Assembly: GCA_963785305.1 (NCBI GenBank)
Contig: CAWAUV010000007.1
Span: forward strand, 1,536,001 to 1,600,000
Source: an uncultured Planctomycetaceae bacterium
Lineage (GTDB): Bacteria; Planctomycetota; Planctomycetia; Pirellulales; PALSA-1355
Direction: 5' to 3'
DNA: 64,000 nt
Shown: positions 12,087-24,204 of the stretch, in pieces
How positions within the stretch are numbered: position 1 is the stretch's first letter
Layout of the letters: each line of letters begins with the position of its first letter
Position numbers and translations under genes: made by a program
Notes under the pieces: model-generated
What the model was told of the DNA's origin: nothing
What the model saw: only the letters and a program-made list of their open reading frames with translations
Database searches by the model: none

Positions 12087-12756
12087 TCAGCCCAAGGGAG
12101 GCGGAGTCGGAGGCGCCGATCCATGAGAAGGGGCCGCGACCGAGCAATGCTCGAACCACGCGACGACAAGCCAATCAAATCGATAGCGCGCCACGGCCGG
12201 CGGACCCGTGGCCGCGCCTAGCATGCTCCACAGCGGCGGCAGTCCATGGCAATGACGATATTGCGTTGTCAGCACATAGCCATCCGAATCATCAGGCTTG
12301 ATCGGCGCGGCGTCGACGCCGGGCGCCGGAGCGACCGCGCCGGCGGCAGGCTGCGCGGGCGCCGAAGGAATCCGAGCATGCTCGCAAGAAGCAAGAACTC
12401 TTTTTGCCTCGCAACAGCTCGCATGCGCTGCGCTCGCAACCATGTTCCTTCCCGCTCGTGAGCACATCGGCATGTTCGTGCGCGTGTTCATGATCCGACT
12501 CGACCGCGGCCAACGGAAAGTCGGGCGGCGCGACTCCATGTTCGCGTGCCCAAGCCAGCTTTTCCTGGTTCGAGTAGCAGCAGCAATCGCGCCAACAATG
12601 ATCCGCGTCGCGACAGCCGCACGCGTGGCTCATGCACGGAAAAGCGATCCCGGTCGATTTCGCCACCGGCGCCGGGAGCGGCACGCCGACCACCGCCACG
12701 ACAAAACCCACCAGCGAGATGCCGACCACCACCGGGCGAAAATATCGCGGCGCCAT
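12087..12756 (-). CDS. Cys/His-rich exported or membrane protein with Pro-rich C-terminus (frameshift near 12430)
   Basis: Hydrophobic N-terminus, FPCMSHACGC..CWRDCCC, HEHAHEH, ends SAPPTPPPLG. Confidence 0.7.
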
Positions 12757-12997
12757 GCGTCGGATTTCGCGAAATGTCGGCAACTGCATAAGAAACGCCA
12801 CCAAGCGAGAAGCTGCGGCGAAGCCAAGGGGGGCGGAAAATCGTGGCGGATGTGGACACGAATATAATCCCCGCGTTTTCGAACGTCAAATCTCCGACAC
12901 TCGCCGCGAGCCACTGGAAATCTGCTTTTGATCGCTTTTTAACCCCCGATGCCCGAACCCCTTGCTTTTTTACCCGGCTTGGATTCCGATGCGTGGC

Positions 12998-15070
12998 ATG
13001 GCGAGAGACATTACCCACATCCGAAATATCGGCATCATTGCCCATATCGACGCCGGCAAGACCACCGTCACCGAACGGATGCTCTTCTACAGCGGCGCCA
13101 CGCATCGCATGGGCGATGTCGACAAAGGCACCACCGTCACCGATTTCGATCCCGAGGAACAGCAACGCGGAATCACGATTCGCGCCGCCGCCGTCACCTT
13201 TCGCTGGAACGATTGCGTCGTGAACCTGATCGACACCCCGGGCCATGTCGACTTCACGGCCGAAGTCGAGCGAAGCTTGCGCGTGCTCGATGGTGGAGTG
13301 GTCGTGTTCAGCGCCCGCGAGGGTGTCGAGGCCCAAAGCGAAACCGTGTGGCGCCAGGCCGATAAATATGGCGTGCCGCGGGTGGCGTTCATCAACAAGA
13401 TGGATCGCGAGGGCGCCGATTTCCACGGCTGCTTTCAAGAAATTCGCGACCGACTCGAAGCCCAGCCGGTGGCGGTGCAGTTGCCGGTGGGCAAGGGACC
13501 GCCGCACGTGCCCGGCGCTTTCAGCGGCGTGATCGATTTGATTACCAACGAATACCTCACCTTCAGCCGCGAAAACAGCGGCCTCGAGGTCACCCGCCAA
13601 GCGGTGCCCGACGAGATGCGCGACGAAGCCGATTTGTATCGCGAGGAGATGCTCGAAAAGCTATTCGAATACAGCAACGAGCTCGCCGAAATGGTGCTGG
13701 CCGAGACACCCGTGCCGCCGGAGCTCATTCGCCGGGTGATTCGCGACGCGACGCTGCATCGCTTTATCGTGCCGGTGCTTTGCGGCTCGGCGCTCGATCA
13801 TGTGGGCGTGCAGCCGCTGCTCGACGCGGTGACGCTCTATTTACCCAGCCCGGCCGATAAGCCCCCGGTCGTGGGCGTGAATCCCAAAAAGAAAGATGTC
13901 AAGCTCGCGCGCAAGCCCGATATCTCGGAGCCCTTCTGCGGTCTCGTGTTCAAGATCGACGCCGACAAGCATGGCGACTTGCATTATGTGCGCGTCTATT
14001 CCGGCGAGCTCAAGGCCGGCTCCCGGGTCTACAACGCGGCGCGCGACAAGAAGGAAAACGTGCCGCAGCTTTGGCATATTCAAGCCGACCGGCGCGAACA
14101 GATACCGAGCGTGGCGGCGGGCGATATCGTGGGCGTGATCGGCTTGCGGCACTCGATCACCGGCGACACGATCTGCGAGACCCAGAATCCGATCGTGCTC
14201 GAGTCGATCGTGTTTCCCGAAACCGTGATCTCGATGGCGATCGAGCCCGAGAGCTCGACCGAGCGCAAAAAGCTCTCGGAAACGCTCGAAATGATGAAGC
14301 GGCAAGACCCCACCTTCCGCGCCCGCGAAAACGAGGAGACCGGGCAAACGCTCATCAGCGGCATGGGCGAATTGCACCTCGAGGTCATCAAGCATCGCTT
14401 GCTGCGCGACTTCAATCTCAATGTGCGTGTTCACAAGCCGCGCGTCAGCTATCGCGAAACGGTCGAACGCGCCGCCGAAGTCGTCGGCGAGTGCCATCGG
14501 CAGCAGGGCGGCCAGTCGCTCTTCGCCAAAGTCAAGATTCGCATCGAGCCGGTCGACACCGCGGCGGCCGGCGTCACGCTCTTGAGCCTCGCCGGCGACT
14601 CGCTGCCCGGCGATTACCTGGAAGTGGTGCATGACACGCTCAAGGAGCAGGCCGAGGGCGGCGGCTCGCTCGGTTTTCCGCTCATGAAAGTCAAGCTCAC
14701 GATTCTCGGCGGCGAGACCCACGACACCGAATCAAACGATATCGCTTTCCGCTATGCCGCCGCCGACGCCTTCAATAAGGTCCTGCGCGAAGCCGGCTCG
14801 GTGCTGCTCGAACCGATCATGAAGCTCGAAATTACCGTGCCCGAGGAACATCTGGGCGACTTTATCAGCGACTTGCGGCAGCGACGGGCGGTCATCACGC
14901 ACACCCAAGTCCGCGGACGCAACACGGTGATCGAAGCCGAAGCGCCGCTGGCGAACCTGTTTGGCTATTCGAGCGCCATGCGCGGCCTGAGCCAAGGCCG
15001 GGCGACTTGTTCCATGGCGCCATTGTCCTATGGCCCCGCCCCGGAGGAAGTGCGGCAAACTTTCTTATAA
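12998..15070 (+). CDS. fusA: Elongation factor G (stand-alone paralog)
   Basis: IRNIGIIAHIDAGKTT, RGITI, DTPGHVDF, NKMD, GMGELHL, LLEPIM; no rpsL/rpsG/tuf neighbours. Confidence 0.93.
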   Translation: MARDITHIRNIGIIAHIDAGKTTVTERMLFYSGATHRMGDVDKGTTVTDFDPEEQQRGITIRAAAVTFRWNDCVVNLIDTPGHVDFTAEVERSLRVLDGGVVVFSAREGVEAQSETVWRQADKYGVPRVAFINKMDREGADFHGCFQEIRDRLEAQPVAVQLPVGKGPPHVPGAFSGVIDLITNEYLTFSRENSGLEVTRQAVPDEMRDEADLYREEMLEKLFEYSNELAEMVLAETPVPPELIRRVIRDATLHRFIVPVLCGSALDHVGVQPLLDAVTLYLPSPADKPPVVGVNPKKKDVKLARKPDISEPFCGLVFKIDADKHGDLHYVRVYSGELKAGSRVYNAARDKKENVPQLWHIQADRREQIPSVAAGDIVGVIGLRHSITGDTICETQNPIVLESIVFPETVISMAIEPESSTERKKLSETLEMMKRQDPTFRARENEETGQTLISGMGELHLEVIKHRLLRDFNLNVRVHKPRVSYRETVERAAEVVGECHRQQGGQSLFAKVKIRIEPVDTAAAGVTLLSLAGDSLPGDYLEVVHDTLKEQAEGGGSLGFPLMKVKLTILGGETHDTESNDIAFRYAAADAFNKVLREAGSVLLEPIMKLEITVPEEHLGDFISDLRQRRAVITHTQVRGRNTVIEAEAPLANLFGYSSAMRGLSQGRATCSMAPLSYGPAPEEVRQTFL

Positions 15071-15094
15071 CCGCGCTCGGATCGCCGCGGTCAA

Positions 15095-15121
15095 CAGCCT
15101 GTTGAAATATTGAACAGACTG
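15095..15121. repeat. 27-bp palindrome related to CAGCCTGTT IS/MITE ends, between convergent genes
   Basis: CAGCCTGTTGAAATATTGAACAGACTG; compare 30922-30948 and 41635-41661. Confidence 0.65.
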
Positions 15122-16561
15122 CTAATGGCTGAACAGCAGGCCGGGATCGTTGGGCGATTGCTCGGCGAGGCGCAGCCGCAACTGGTTCTTCGGCTCCAGA
15201 GTCATCGCGCAGGCCAGATTCTTCGAATCCGAGCCATAGAGGATCAGCAGCCTGCCCGAAATCGAATAATCGCCGCGGAGCGTGGTCATCGCGCTGTCGG
15301 CCCGGCCAAAGCTCCAGGCAAATTTTTTGTCTTGGTTCAGTTCGAGTGAATACTTCACGCCATCGGGCGAAGTCGCCGTCCAGTGGCCGACAATCGCCTC
15401 GACCGCGATCGGTTTCGCGGGCCGCGCGGTATCGCCATTCGCCCCTTTACCTGGCCGACCGGCGGGCGCCGCGTCGCCGGGCGCGACTTCCGAAGGGTTC
15501 GTCATCGCCCGATAAAGCTGGATCGCCACCACATTGTTCGGTTGCAGGCGCCCGACTTCGCGAAACTCCTCCTCGGCGGCGCCATCGAATCCTTGCACCA
15601 GGTAATGATAAGCGAGCAGAAATCGCGCGTCGGCGGCGTCGGGATGTGCGCGGCTATGGGTTTCCAAGGCGCGAAGCTGACGCGTGTAGTCGTTTGCATT
15701 GGCATACAGATTCGCCAGCGTGGTCCAGTCCCAGCCGGGCCCGTCGGCGAGCACACTATAGATTCCGGCGGCCGCCTGGCGATAGTTGCCCAGCGCGAAC
15801 TCCGCGAGCGCGCGGAATTGATGCAATACCGGATCGCCCGGCTGTCGCATGAGATCGCGATCCGTGAGTTTCAAGGCGGCCGCATAATCGCCGCGTTTGA
15901 AGGCGTCGTGCGCCTGGTCCAATACAACCATCGACGGCGCTTGCGAGCCAATCGGCGGTTCGGCCGTCTCGGCCACGATCACCGGCGGCGGCGTTTGGGC
16001 GGCGGCCAGCGGGCGCGAATAATCGTACTCGCCCCAGGCCGGCGAGGTCGATGTGAAAAACGGATTGGCATAGCCCCAGTAGCCATAGGCCCAAGGCGAC
16101 TGAGTGGCGATCGCCGCCGCGACCAAGGCGCCCTCACCCGCGGCGGCGCCTTGAATTCCGCCGCCCGAGAGCGGATCACCCACTCCGGCCGTCTCGGCCC
16201 CGAAGGCATTGCCGGCAAAAGCCCAACTGGCCGGATACTCGCTCCAGGCGGGCGAGGCGTTGCCCCGCCAAGCGCCGTGGTACCAGGCCGGAGCTTCGCG
16301 CTTCGGCAGCGCGGTTCGCCGGCGCGGCGCTGGCGTTTGATCTCGGCCAGCACTGCCCGACGAGTCGCTCAGCGAATGCGAGGGCGCCGTTCGCAGGTCG
16401 TCCGCCGAGGTCCGGCCGCCGCCGCGACCTTGGGCATAAGCCGGTCGGTTCTGGCTGACTTCAGCGCCGAGCAGCACGATCGCAAATCCTAGAACAGCGC
16501 GAATGCAAATCGAGTGATCCACGAACGAGAGCCTCCCCAAGATTTCAATGCGCGGGCCCAT
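15122..16561 (-). CDS. Secreted TPR-containing protein of planctomycete type (start uncertain)
   Basis: Signal-like segment, WGYANPF..YDYSRP low-complexity region, TPR block AFKRGDYAAAL..DARFLLAYHY. Confidence 0.7.
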   Translation of the reverse strand: MGPRIEILGRLSFVDHSICIRAVLGFAIVLLGAEVSQNRPAYAQGRGGGRTSADDLRTAPSHSLSDSSGSAGRDQTPAPRRRTALPKREAPAWYHGAWRGNASPAWSEYPASWAFAGNAFGAETAGVGDPLSGGGIQGAAAGEGALVAAAIATQSPWAYGYWGYANPFFTSTSPAWGEYDYSRPLAAAQTPPPVIVAETAEPPIGSQAPSMVVLDQAHDAFKRGDYAAALKLTDRDLMRQPGDPVLHQFRALAEFALGNYRQAAAGIYSVLADGPGWDWTTLANLYANANDYTRQLRALETHSRAHPDAADARFLLAYHYLVQGFDGAAEEEFREVGRLQPNNVVAIQLYRAMTNPSEVAPGDAAPAGRPGKGANGDTARPAKPIAVEAIVGHWTATSPDGVKYSLELNQDKKFAWSFGRADSAMTTLRGDYSISGRLLILYGSDSKNLACAMTLEPKNQLRLRLAEQSPNDPGLLFSH

Positions 16562-16870
16562 GATTCCCGCGGCGCGGGCATTGCAAGGCGCCAGCGCGAA
16601 AAAGCGGCCGAGACACGCCCACGGTGAATCGTGTCGGACCATGTTGATTGTAGGCTCGACAAACAGGGGCGCAAACTCGATCGGGCCGCAAAAAATAAGA
16701 TGCGCGTCACTAACTCCAATGTCCCCGCGGGTTGCCGTGCTCCCCGGTTCTGGCCGAATGTGGGGAAACCGCGAATCAGCGCCCCCAGGCATGGCTTTTG
16801 CCTCTGGCTGCCATCCTGCCTGGCTCGCACGCCAGGAACAAACTTCCGCCTTTTTTGAGGAGTCGTTGCA

Positions 16871-17685
16871 ATGTTGAAGACAATTGGAAAGAAAATCGCG
16901 TTTGCAGGAATTCTGAGTAGCATGGCCGCTTTGGGCGGAATCGCCACGGCCGCAGGGCCGATCGAATCCAACGAAACGCAAAACCAGCGCGGTTTGAAGA
17001 ACACGCTGACCGGCGCCGAAGAGCGTCCGCAGTACAACGGCGGCCAAAATCAAAACGCCGCCGGCCGGCAGAATTCCGTCGCGCGCAGCGCGTGATCGCG
17101 AACAAGCCGGTAACGGAAAACACGATGCGCCCCGCCGATCACGAAATCGCCCAGTGGTTGATGGTGTGTAACAACGAAGAAGTTCAACTCTCCAAATTGG
17201 CCGAGCAGCACGCCGATAACCAGAAAGTGAAAGATTTCGCCCGGCAAATGCAAACCGAACACACGAAGGCTTGGCAGCAGCTTGAGCAAGTCGCCCAGCG
17301 AACCACGCCCCAGCACTTGGCCGGTCGGCAAGAAACGGGCACGACCGTGCAAGCCGCGGGAAGCGCCGTGAACACGCGGGGCAACGCGGTTGCTCAAAAC
17401 GAGCAGCGCGAAGGTGGACTGAACTACCTTGAAATCCACAAACAGGTCGCGGCCCAGTGCATCGCCTCGGCCACTCGCGACATGGGCGCGAAGAAGGGCG
17501 CCGATTTCGACAAGGCCTACATCGGCTCGCAAATCGGGGCGCATTATCGCTTGATCGACACGAATCGCGTGCTGCGTGAGTATGCCTCGCCCGAGCTGCG
17601 CAAGTCGATCGACGAAGAAACCCAAACGGCCGAACATCACCTGGCCGAAGCTCAAAGCATCATGAAGAGCCTCGAGCAAAAATAG
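16871..17685 (+). CDS. DUF4142 ferritin-like exported protein (frameshift near 17090)
   Basis: Signal peptide; EVQLSKLA..VKDFARQMQTEH and FDKAYIGSQIGAH. Confidence 0.8.
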
Positions 17686-18016
17686 CCCGAGCGAAATAAC
17701 GCGAGCGGAAACACCTCCCAAAGGGGTATTTCCGGTCCGACGCGCGACGCCAACGGGCGGGTGGCGTTCGACGCTTGGGAAAAAAACAGGCGGGGATTCG
17801 AGGCCGCCAGTGTCCACCGAGACACTGGCGGCCGCTCGCCATGGTACCCTGACATTAAGCCTTCGCCAGATTTCTTGGCGACTGACCTCGATTTCTGTAA
17901 TAATCGGGCACGCATCTTGCACTGTTGAGCAACAGATGAATTCGTGTCGACAATGCCTGCCCGCGGGGCGCCGCGGGGGCCTCGCTCTTCGGCCATTTCT
18001 CTCGGAGGAAACTCAA

Positions 18017-18385
18017 ATGCTATCGCAAAACGCAAGCTGCTCCGCCTGTGCCCATCTCGAACAAAATGTCGGCGAAACGGAACGCATGCTCAGCGTATCG
18101 GCCGGCACGGCGCTCGCCCTCTGGGGCCTCAAAAACATGTTCAGCCGCCATGGACTTGTCTCGCTCGGCTTGGGCGGCATGCTCCTGTTTCGCGGCGCCA
18201 CCGGCCACTGTGCCCTTTATAAAGCAATCGATCTTCGCTCGAACGACGATCGATCCGGCGCGGATCGCAGTGATTCGGGCGGGAGCGAAATCGACGAAGT
18301 AGAGGAAGACAGTCGCGACTCGTTTCCCGCAAGCGACCCGCCAAGCTGGACCGGCGCCACCACCTCGCGCATGCCCCCCCGGTAA
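18017..18385 (+). CDS. DUF2892/YgaP-like membrane protein with SFPASDPP tail
   Basis: NVGETERMLS..RGATGHCALY; EVEEDSRDSFPASDPPSW; GGAGG RBS. Confidence 0.78.
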   Translation: MLSQNASCSACAHLEQNVGETERMLSVSAGTALALWGLKNMFSRHGLVSLGLGGMLLFRGATGHCALYKAIDLRSNDDRSGADRSDSGGSEIDEVEEDSRDSFPASDPPSWTGATTSRMPPR

Positions 18386-18492
18386 AACTTCATAGTCTTC
18401 GCGGGCGACAAGAGCGCTCGCGAGGCCGCGGGCATGCGCAATTAAAACGCGCCCGACTCACCATTGACGGTTCATCGGCGAACGGAGAAAGG

Positions 18493-20582
18493 ATGGCTGG
18501 CGCAGTGGAAACGCGAGTCGTAAATCGCCTCACTTGGAACATCGAGGCGGCGAAGAATCCGGCGGTGCTTGTCGAGCGAGAATGGATCGTGACGAATGCC
18601 CTGGGCGGATATGCCGCCGGCACGGTCGCGGGAATATGCACCCGGCGCTACCACGGCCTGCTGATCGCCGCGCTGGCGGCCCCGCTCGGCCGCACCATGA
18701 TGTTCAACCAACTGGGCGAGGTGGCCGTGCTCTCGAGCGGTCGCCGCGTGGCGTTTGGCGCCGAGGCGCAGTTCGCCCAGCCGCGGCGATCACTTGAGCG
18801 AGTTTGCCCTGCGCATGGGCTTGCCGATCTGGCGATTCGAAATCGATGGCTTCGATCTCGAAAAACGCGTGCTCATGCCGCATGGCCAGAATACGGTTTG
18901 CATCAGCTATCGCTGCATCGCGGGCGCGGGCTCGATCAGCCTCCGATTGCGGCCCGCCTTTCAATTTCGTGGCCACGACGCCGTCGTGAGCACCGCCACT
19001 TCCAGGCCATTACCCGATCTTGGCCCTCGGAAGCCGCATCGAGATTCAACCGCCCGCGCTCCCGGCGCTGCGCATGCGGCTGCGAGCCGATCGCGACGCG
19101 GCCTTGGTCTTCGAGGGCGGCCGATCGGTCGCGGCGCACTATCCGCTCGAAGCCGAACGCGGCTACGACTCGCGCGGCGAGCTTTGGAGCCCGGGCTACT
19201 TCAACGCCACGCTCGCGCCCGGCGAAGAAGCGACACTCGTCGCCTCGACCGAACCCTGGGAAGTGCTCGACGCGCTTTCACCGGCCGACGCGCTCCAGGC
19301 CGAGCTCGAGCGGCGCTCCCGGCTGCTGACAGCCGCCGGGTCGGTCGCGGCTTCGGCGGCTGGAGCCGAGCTTGTGTTGGCCTCCGATCAATTTATCATT
19401 CGCCCCACGACGCGCGTGGCCGACGAAGCCCGCGCCGTGGCCGCCGGCGAGGAGATTCGCACGATCATTGCCGGCTACTACTGGTTTGGCGATTGGGGCC
19501 GCGACACGATGATCAGCCTCGAAGGGCTCACCCTGGTCGCAGGCCGGCATCGCGAAGCCGGTTGGATCTTGCGCACATTCGCCAACTATGTGCGCGATGG
19601 GCTGATCCCCAACCTCTTTCCCGAAGGCGCGACCGGCGGCCTCTATCACACGGCCGACGCCACGCTCTGGTTCTTTCATGCCGTGGCCCGCTATCTGGAA
19701 TACACCGGCGATCGCGCACTCTTGCGAACCATTTTTCCCAAGCTGGGCGAGATCATCGAGCGCCATATCGCCGGCACGCGATTCGGCATCGGGGTCGATC
19801 CCGAGGATGGCCTTCTGCGCCAGGGCGAAGCCGGTTATCAACTCACTTGGATGGACGCCAAGGTCGACGACTGGGTGGTGACGCCGCGCCGCGGCAAAGC
19901 CGTGGAGATCAACGCGCTCTGGCACGACGCCTTGTGCCACTACGAGCGCTGGCTCAGGGAAGAAGAGCCGAGCGACTCGCGCGCCGATGCGATCGCCGCG
20001 CTCGCCGCTCGCGTGCGAGAATCCTTCAACCGCCGCTTTTGGAATCCCAAGACCCAGGGGCTCTTCGACGTGGTCGATGGCGAAACGGGCGAGGACCGCT
20101 CGGGCGACGATCCGAGCATGCGCCCCAATCAGATTTTCGCCATTTCGCTCACGCATCCGGTGCTCGAGCGGCGCTATTGGAAGCCGGTGCTCGATCTCGT
20201 CACCGAGCGACTGCTCACGCCCGCGGGGTTGCGCTCGCTGGCGCCGGGCGAACGCGATTACAAACCTCGCTACGATGGCGACCTCCGATCGCGCGACGCG
20301 GCTTATCATCAAGGCACGGTCTGGGGCTGGTTGATCGGGCCCTATGTCGACGCATGGCTGCGGGTGCATCCGGGCAAGGAGGCGATAGCCCGTCAGTTCC
20401 TCGAGGGCTTCGCCAACCACTTGAGCGAAGCGTGCATCGGATCGATCAGCGAAGTATTCGACGCCGAAGCGCCCTATAGGCCGCGCGGCTGCCCGGCCCA
20501 GGCGTGGAGCGTGGCGGAAGCACTGCGCGCGTGGGCAAAAACCACGAGCTCCCCGACCAACGGACAAACGCCGATCGGCTAG
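18493..20582 (+). CDS. Amylo-alpha-1,6-glucosidase (glycogen debranching enzyme), frameshifted
   Basis: EWIVTNALGGYA, TRRYHGLL, IAGYYWFGDWGRDTMISL, LTWMDAK, AYHQGTVW, QAWSVAE. Confidence 0.92.
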
Positions 20583-20763
20583 TGCTCGTTCACGGCTGAA
20601 ATGATGGATAATTCGGTTTGCGCGTGTGCCATGCCCACTGCCTTGAGTGGGCATGTTTTCAAGCGCCACGCGAAGTCCTCATGCCCACGCACGGCCGTGG
20701 GCCTGGCACACGGGGCACACGGAACGAATCCAATCCGTCATTGCAACCGTGACAAAGCACTAG
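20579..20763. mobile_element. MITE family A copy 1 (CTAG-flanked, internal palindromes)
   Basis: CTAG-TGCTCGTTCACGGCTGAAATGA...TCATTGCAACCGTGACAAAGCA-CTAG; homologous to 39668-39835. Confidence 0.82.
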
Positions 20764-20792
20764 TTCGCCTCGGCGGGGCTGGCGTCGCCGAT

Positions 20793-22100
20793 TTAGAAGC
20801 GGCGCGAGCCGTCGTCGAGCAGCGTGATCCGCTGGGCGTTGATCACTTGCCGCTGATATTCCGGCGCGAAATTGCGCGGCCCGCTCACGCCGATTCGCCG
20901 ATACATGTACGGCTGCAAATTGACGCCCGGCGCCGGTGAAACGAACTGAATCACGGCGCCGTTGGCGTCGACCAGGGCAAATTGCGGAGCGCCTGTTTTT
21001 TGCGATACCACCGGCGTCAGGCGGCCCGCGCCATCGTAGCGGGGATCGACCGTCGGCGCCGATGGAATCGCCACCGCGGCCGGCGCCGCCGCGAGCGAGC
21101 TGCCAGGCAGGGCGACATTCGAGGCCACGGCGCCCGGCCCCAGCGAGCCCCGATCAAACGCTTCGCGTCGCTGACGAATGTCCTCGAATCGGGCAATCTT
21201 GTCGAGCAGATGTTGGGCGTCGTCGCGATCGGCGTCATTCGTCGCGGAGTCGAGCGCTCTCTGACCGCGCTGCTTCAAATCATCGAATTGCCATTGCGAC
21301 ACATTGAGCACCACCCGCCGCGAAATTTCTTGATTCATTTGTTCGAGTTCACTCGCTCCGCCGCGGCCACTGGCGTCTTTGCCGCTGGTGTCCCTGCCGC
21401 CGGGGCGAGACCAACCGGCGACGGAAGTTCTCGGTCCAGACGTCACCCCGGCGGAATTCGCGATGGATTCGTCGGTCCAGCGGCGCGGCTCCGGCAGCGC
21501 GGCGAACGAACCGCGCTGCCCGCCGCGTCCGGCGGTCGCGGGCCGCGAGCGCTCGATATAACGGCTCGATATCCAACGAAATTCGCCCGCCGGCGGAGCG
21601 ATTTTCACCCAGGCGTCGTCCCGATCGTGGTCGGGCTCTTCCAACACTTCCACCGGCTCATCGTGATCGAGACGCACTTGAATCACATCGCGCATATCGC
21701 CGAGCGAGCTGCCCACGTGGGCCTCGACTTTGTTCTCTCGGGCCACGGCCACGCCTTGGCCGAGCGGCTTGAGCTTGCCGAGGGCCACATAGCAGAAGCT
21801 CCCGCGCGGCGGACGCACGGCGCACCATCCTCCTGGATCGCGACGAAACACCTCGACCTCATCGCCGGTCTGGAGCTTGGCCGTGGGATAATAATCGGTT
21901 CCTGGCCCGCTACGCACATAAACATCTTCGCCCACGACCCGCGCGGTGTATGGCAAGCCATCGCCGGAACTTGGCCCGGCGGCTTGCAAATGCGAGAGTC
22001 CGCCGCAAACGACGACGACGACCATAATCGCCGCGAATAGCGCCGCCGGAGCGCGCGCAACGAGGCGCCGCAAGGCGAAAGAAAGTTCCTTACAGACCAT
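20793..22100 (-). CDS. Exported SH3-domain protein
   Basis: Signal-like segment; VYVRSGPGTDYYPTAKLQTGDEVEV; second SH3-like WVKIAPPAGEFRWI. Confidence 0.75.
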   Translation of the reverse strand: MVCKELSFALRRLVARAPAALFAAIMVVVVVCGGLSHLQAAGPSSGDGLPYTARVVGEDVYVRSGPGTDYYPTAKLQTGDEVEVFRRDPGGWCAVRPPRGSFCYVALGKLKPLGQGVAVARENKVEAHVGSSLGDMRDVIQVRLDHDEPVEVLEEPDHDRDDAWVKIAPPAGEFRWISSRYIERSRPATAGRGGQRGSFAALPEPRRWTDESIANSAGVTSGPRTSVAGWSRPGGRDTSGKDASGRGGASELEQMNQEISRRVVLNVSQWQFDDLKQRGQRALDSATNDADRDDAQHLLDKIARFEDIRQRREAFDRGSLGPGAVASNVALPGSSLAAAPAAVAIPSAPTVDPRYDGAGRLTPVVSQKTGAPQFALVDANGAVIQFVSPAPGVNLQPYMYRRIGVSGPRNFAPEYQRQVINAQRITLLDDGSRRF

Positions 22101-22258
22101 GGCATGGATCTCGCGCGAAGGTGATGAGAGCGCCGACCAACGAACCATCGGGCCAAGAATATGGCAGTCGAATAGCGACAAATGACCGAGACAAGGCCGC
22201 GATTTGTAGCGAGGCACGACAAGCGGAGCAAGAGCAATCAGGCAAATTCGCGCCGGCG

Positions 22259-23973
22259 GGGACCAGTTCAGCTTTTGCGGGTTGGGGGGTGGATGTGGAA
22301 ACGTCAATAGGAGAATTCGGGGTTTGTGTGGTAAGCTGGGCGAGGTGGATTTGATCGGTGAACGAAACTTGCTTAAGGAGCGCTAGGCATGGACGCCGCG
22401 ATGCAGGCCCGCGAGGCCAGGAGGAAGGAACTTTTGCGGGAACTGGCCGAACTGGGAATCGAGGAGATGGTCGAGCAGGGGGCGTTCCTCGGCACGCCGC
22501 ACTATAGCGTCATCGAGCGGTATGCTATCACGCTCGGCCGCGAGTTGAGCCGTGAAGCCCAAGAGCGAGCGATGCGTGAAGTCGCCGCGAGCTGCCCGAC
22601 GGAAGCGAACTGCCCCACCTGCGGAGCGTCGTGCCGCGTGCAAACCGCAACGAGGCCGGTCACCAGCCTGGATGGCCGGGTCGAGGTGACCGAGACGACC
22701 GCTTACTGCGACCGCTGCCGGCGGTCTTTTTTTCCCTCAGCGGTTGACGTTGGGACTCGATAGCCGCGAGGTCACGCCCGAGTTGACGCGAGCCGTGGTC
22801 TGCCTAGCCGCGGAAGTCCGTTCGTTCAAGCGCGCGGAAGTGACCACCGAGCAAGTGCTGGGACACAAAGTTCCCTGCAGCACGATTCGGCGTTTGGTGA
22901 AACAGGTGGGCCAGGAACTGGCCGACGGGAAGGCACTGCCGGCGCCCAGCGACAATAAAAAAGTCGTCAAGGAAGTCGTCGTGCCGGAAGCGGCGGTGGT
23001 CTCTTGCGACGGCGGCCGCATTCGCACGCGCGAGCCGGGCCGGGGACGCGGCGTCGTGCCGTCGGGCGAGAAAGGCTGGCGCGAAACGAAGAACGCTTCG
23101 TTCGAGCGAATGTCTCTCAACCCGCGGCATGTCGCGGACGAAGACGCTTGCCCCGAGTTGCCGACTTCCTTTCGCATCGCGAAAAAAGTGGCGAATATCG
23201 CGGAAAAAGCGGTTCCCCGCCTCGATTCGCCCGGCGAAGAATCCGCCGCCGAGAAACCCCGCCGCGTGAAGTACGAAGGCCCGCGGCGCGTGCTGCGCAC
23301 GGCGCTGAGCAGTATGTCCTGCTCGGAGGATTTCGGCCCGCTGATGCGGCGCGAAGCCCAGCGGCGCCGGTTCTACGATTCTCCTTTACGGGTCTTCCTC
23401 GGTGATGGCCTGAACTGGAACTGGTCGATCTGGAAAAAACATTTTCCGACGTTCACGCCCGTCCTCGACTTCATTCATGCGATTCAATACGTTTACCGCG
23501 CGGCGCTGGCGCTGGCCGCCAACGATGCGGAGGGTTGGTCGCTCTATCTAAAGTTCGTCACCTGGTGCTGGCAAGGCCAGGTCGATCACGTGATCGACGA
23601 GATCAAGCAAGCCTGCCTCGCCCGGGGCATCGACTGGGAAGATACGAAACCCAGTGACGCGGAGAAACCGCTCGTCGACGCCGTGCGGTACTTGACGAAC
23701 AATCGCCAGCGGATGGACTATCCCAGCTATCGCCGCCTGGGCCTGCCGGTCACCAGCGCCGATGGAGTCGCTGATCAAACAGATGAACCTGCGCGTGAAA
23801 GGGACCGAAATGTTCTGGGACGATCCCGACGGAGCGGAAGCGATCTTGCAGCTCCGCGCCGCCGCCCTCAGCGACGACGGCCGGCTCAAGGACTACCTCT
23901 CGCAACGCCCCGGCCACCCCTTCCACCGCCGCTCCACCCCCCTCGCCACCGCCGCATAAGCTGAACTGGTCCC
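22259..23973 (+). mobile_element. ISKra4-family insertion sequence; ORFs 22389..22763 and 22744..~23959
   Basis: TIR GGGACCAGTTCAGCTT / AAGCTGAACTGGTCCC; 6-bp TSD CCGGCG (22253-22258, 23974-23979); CxxC..CxxC, slippery T7CCC at 22727, LGDG, LDFIHA, RMDY motifs. Confidence 0.88.
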
Positions 23974-24204
23974 CCGGCGCGCCGGCGGCCGACCGTGGCG
24001 CCGCATATCGGCCCGCGAGGATGGCTGCCCTTGCAAAAATAGGCAAAATGCCTCATCTTTCTCTCATGGAGCGTGCCTTGGCGCGGAGCCGGTTCGCGAA
24101 ATGCGCGGTCCCGAAGCCGGCGGGCGTTTTTGGGGGCTTCGGCGGGACCCTCGCTTCGTTCGTTTCCTTCGCGGCGTCGGCGCCTATCGAGCGCGGATCG
24201 GGCC

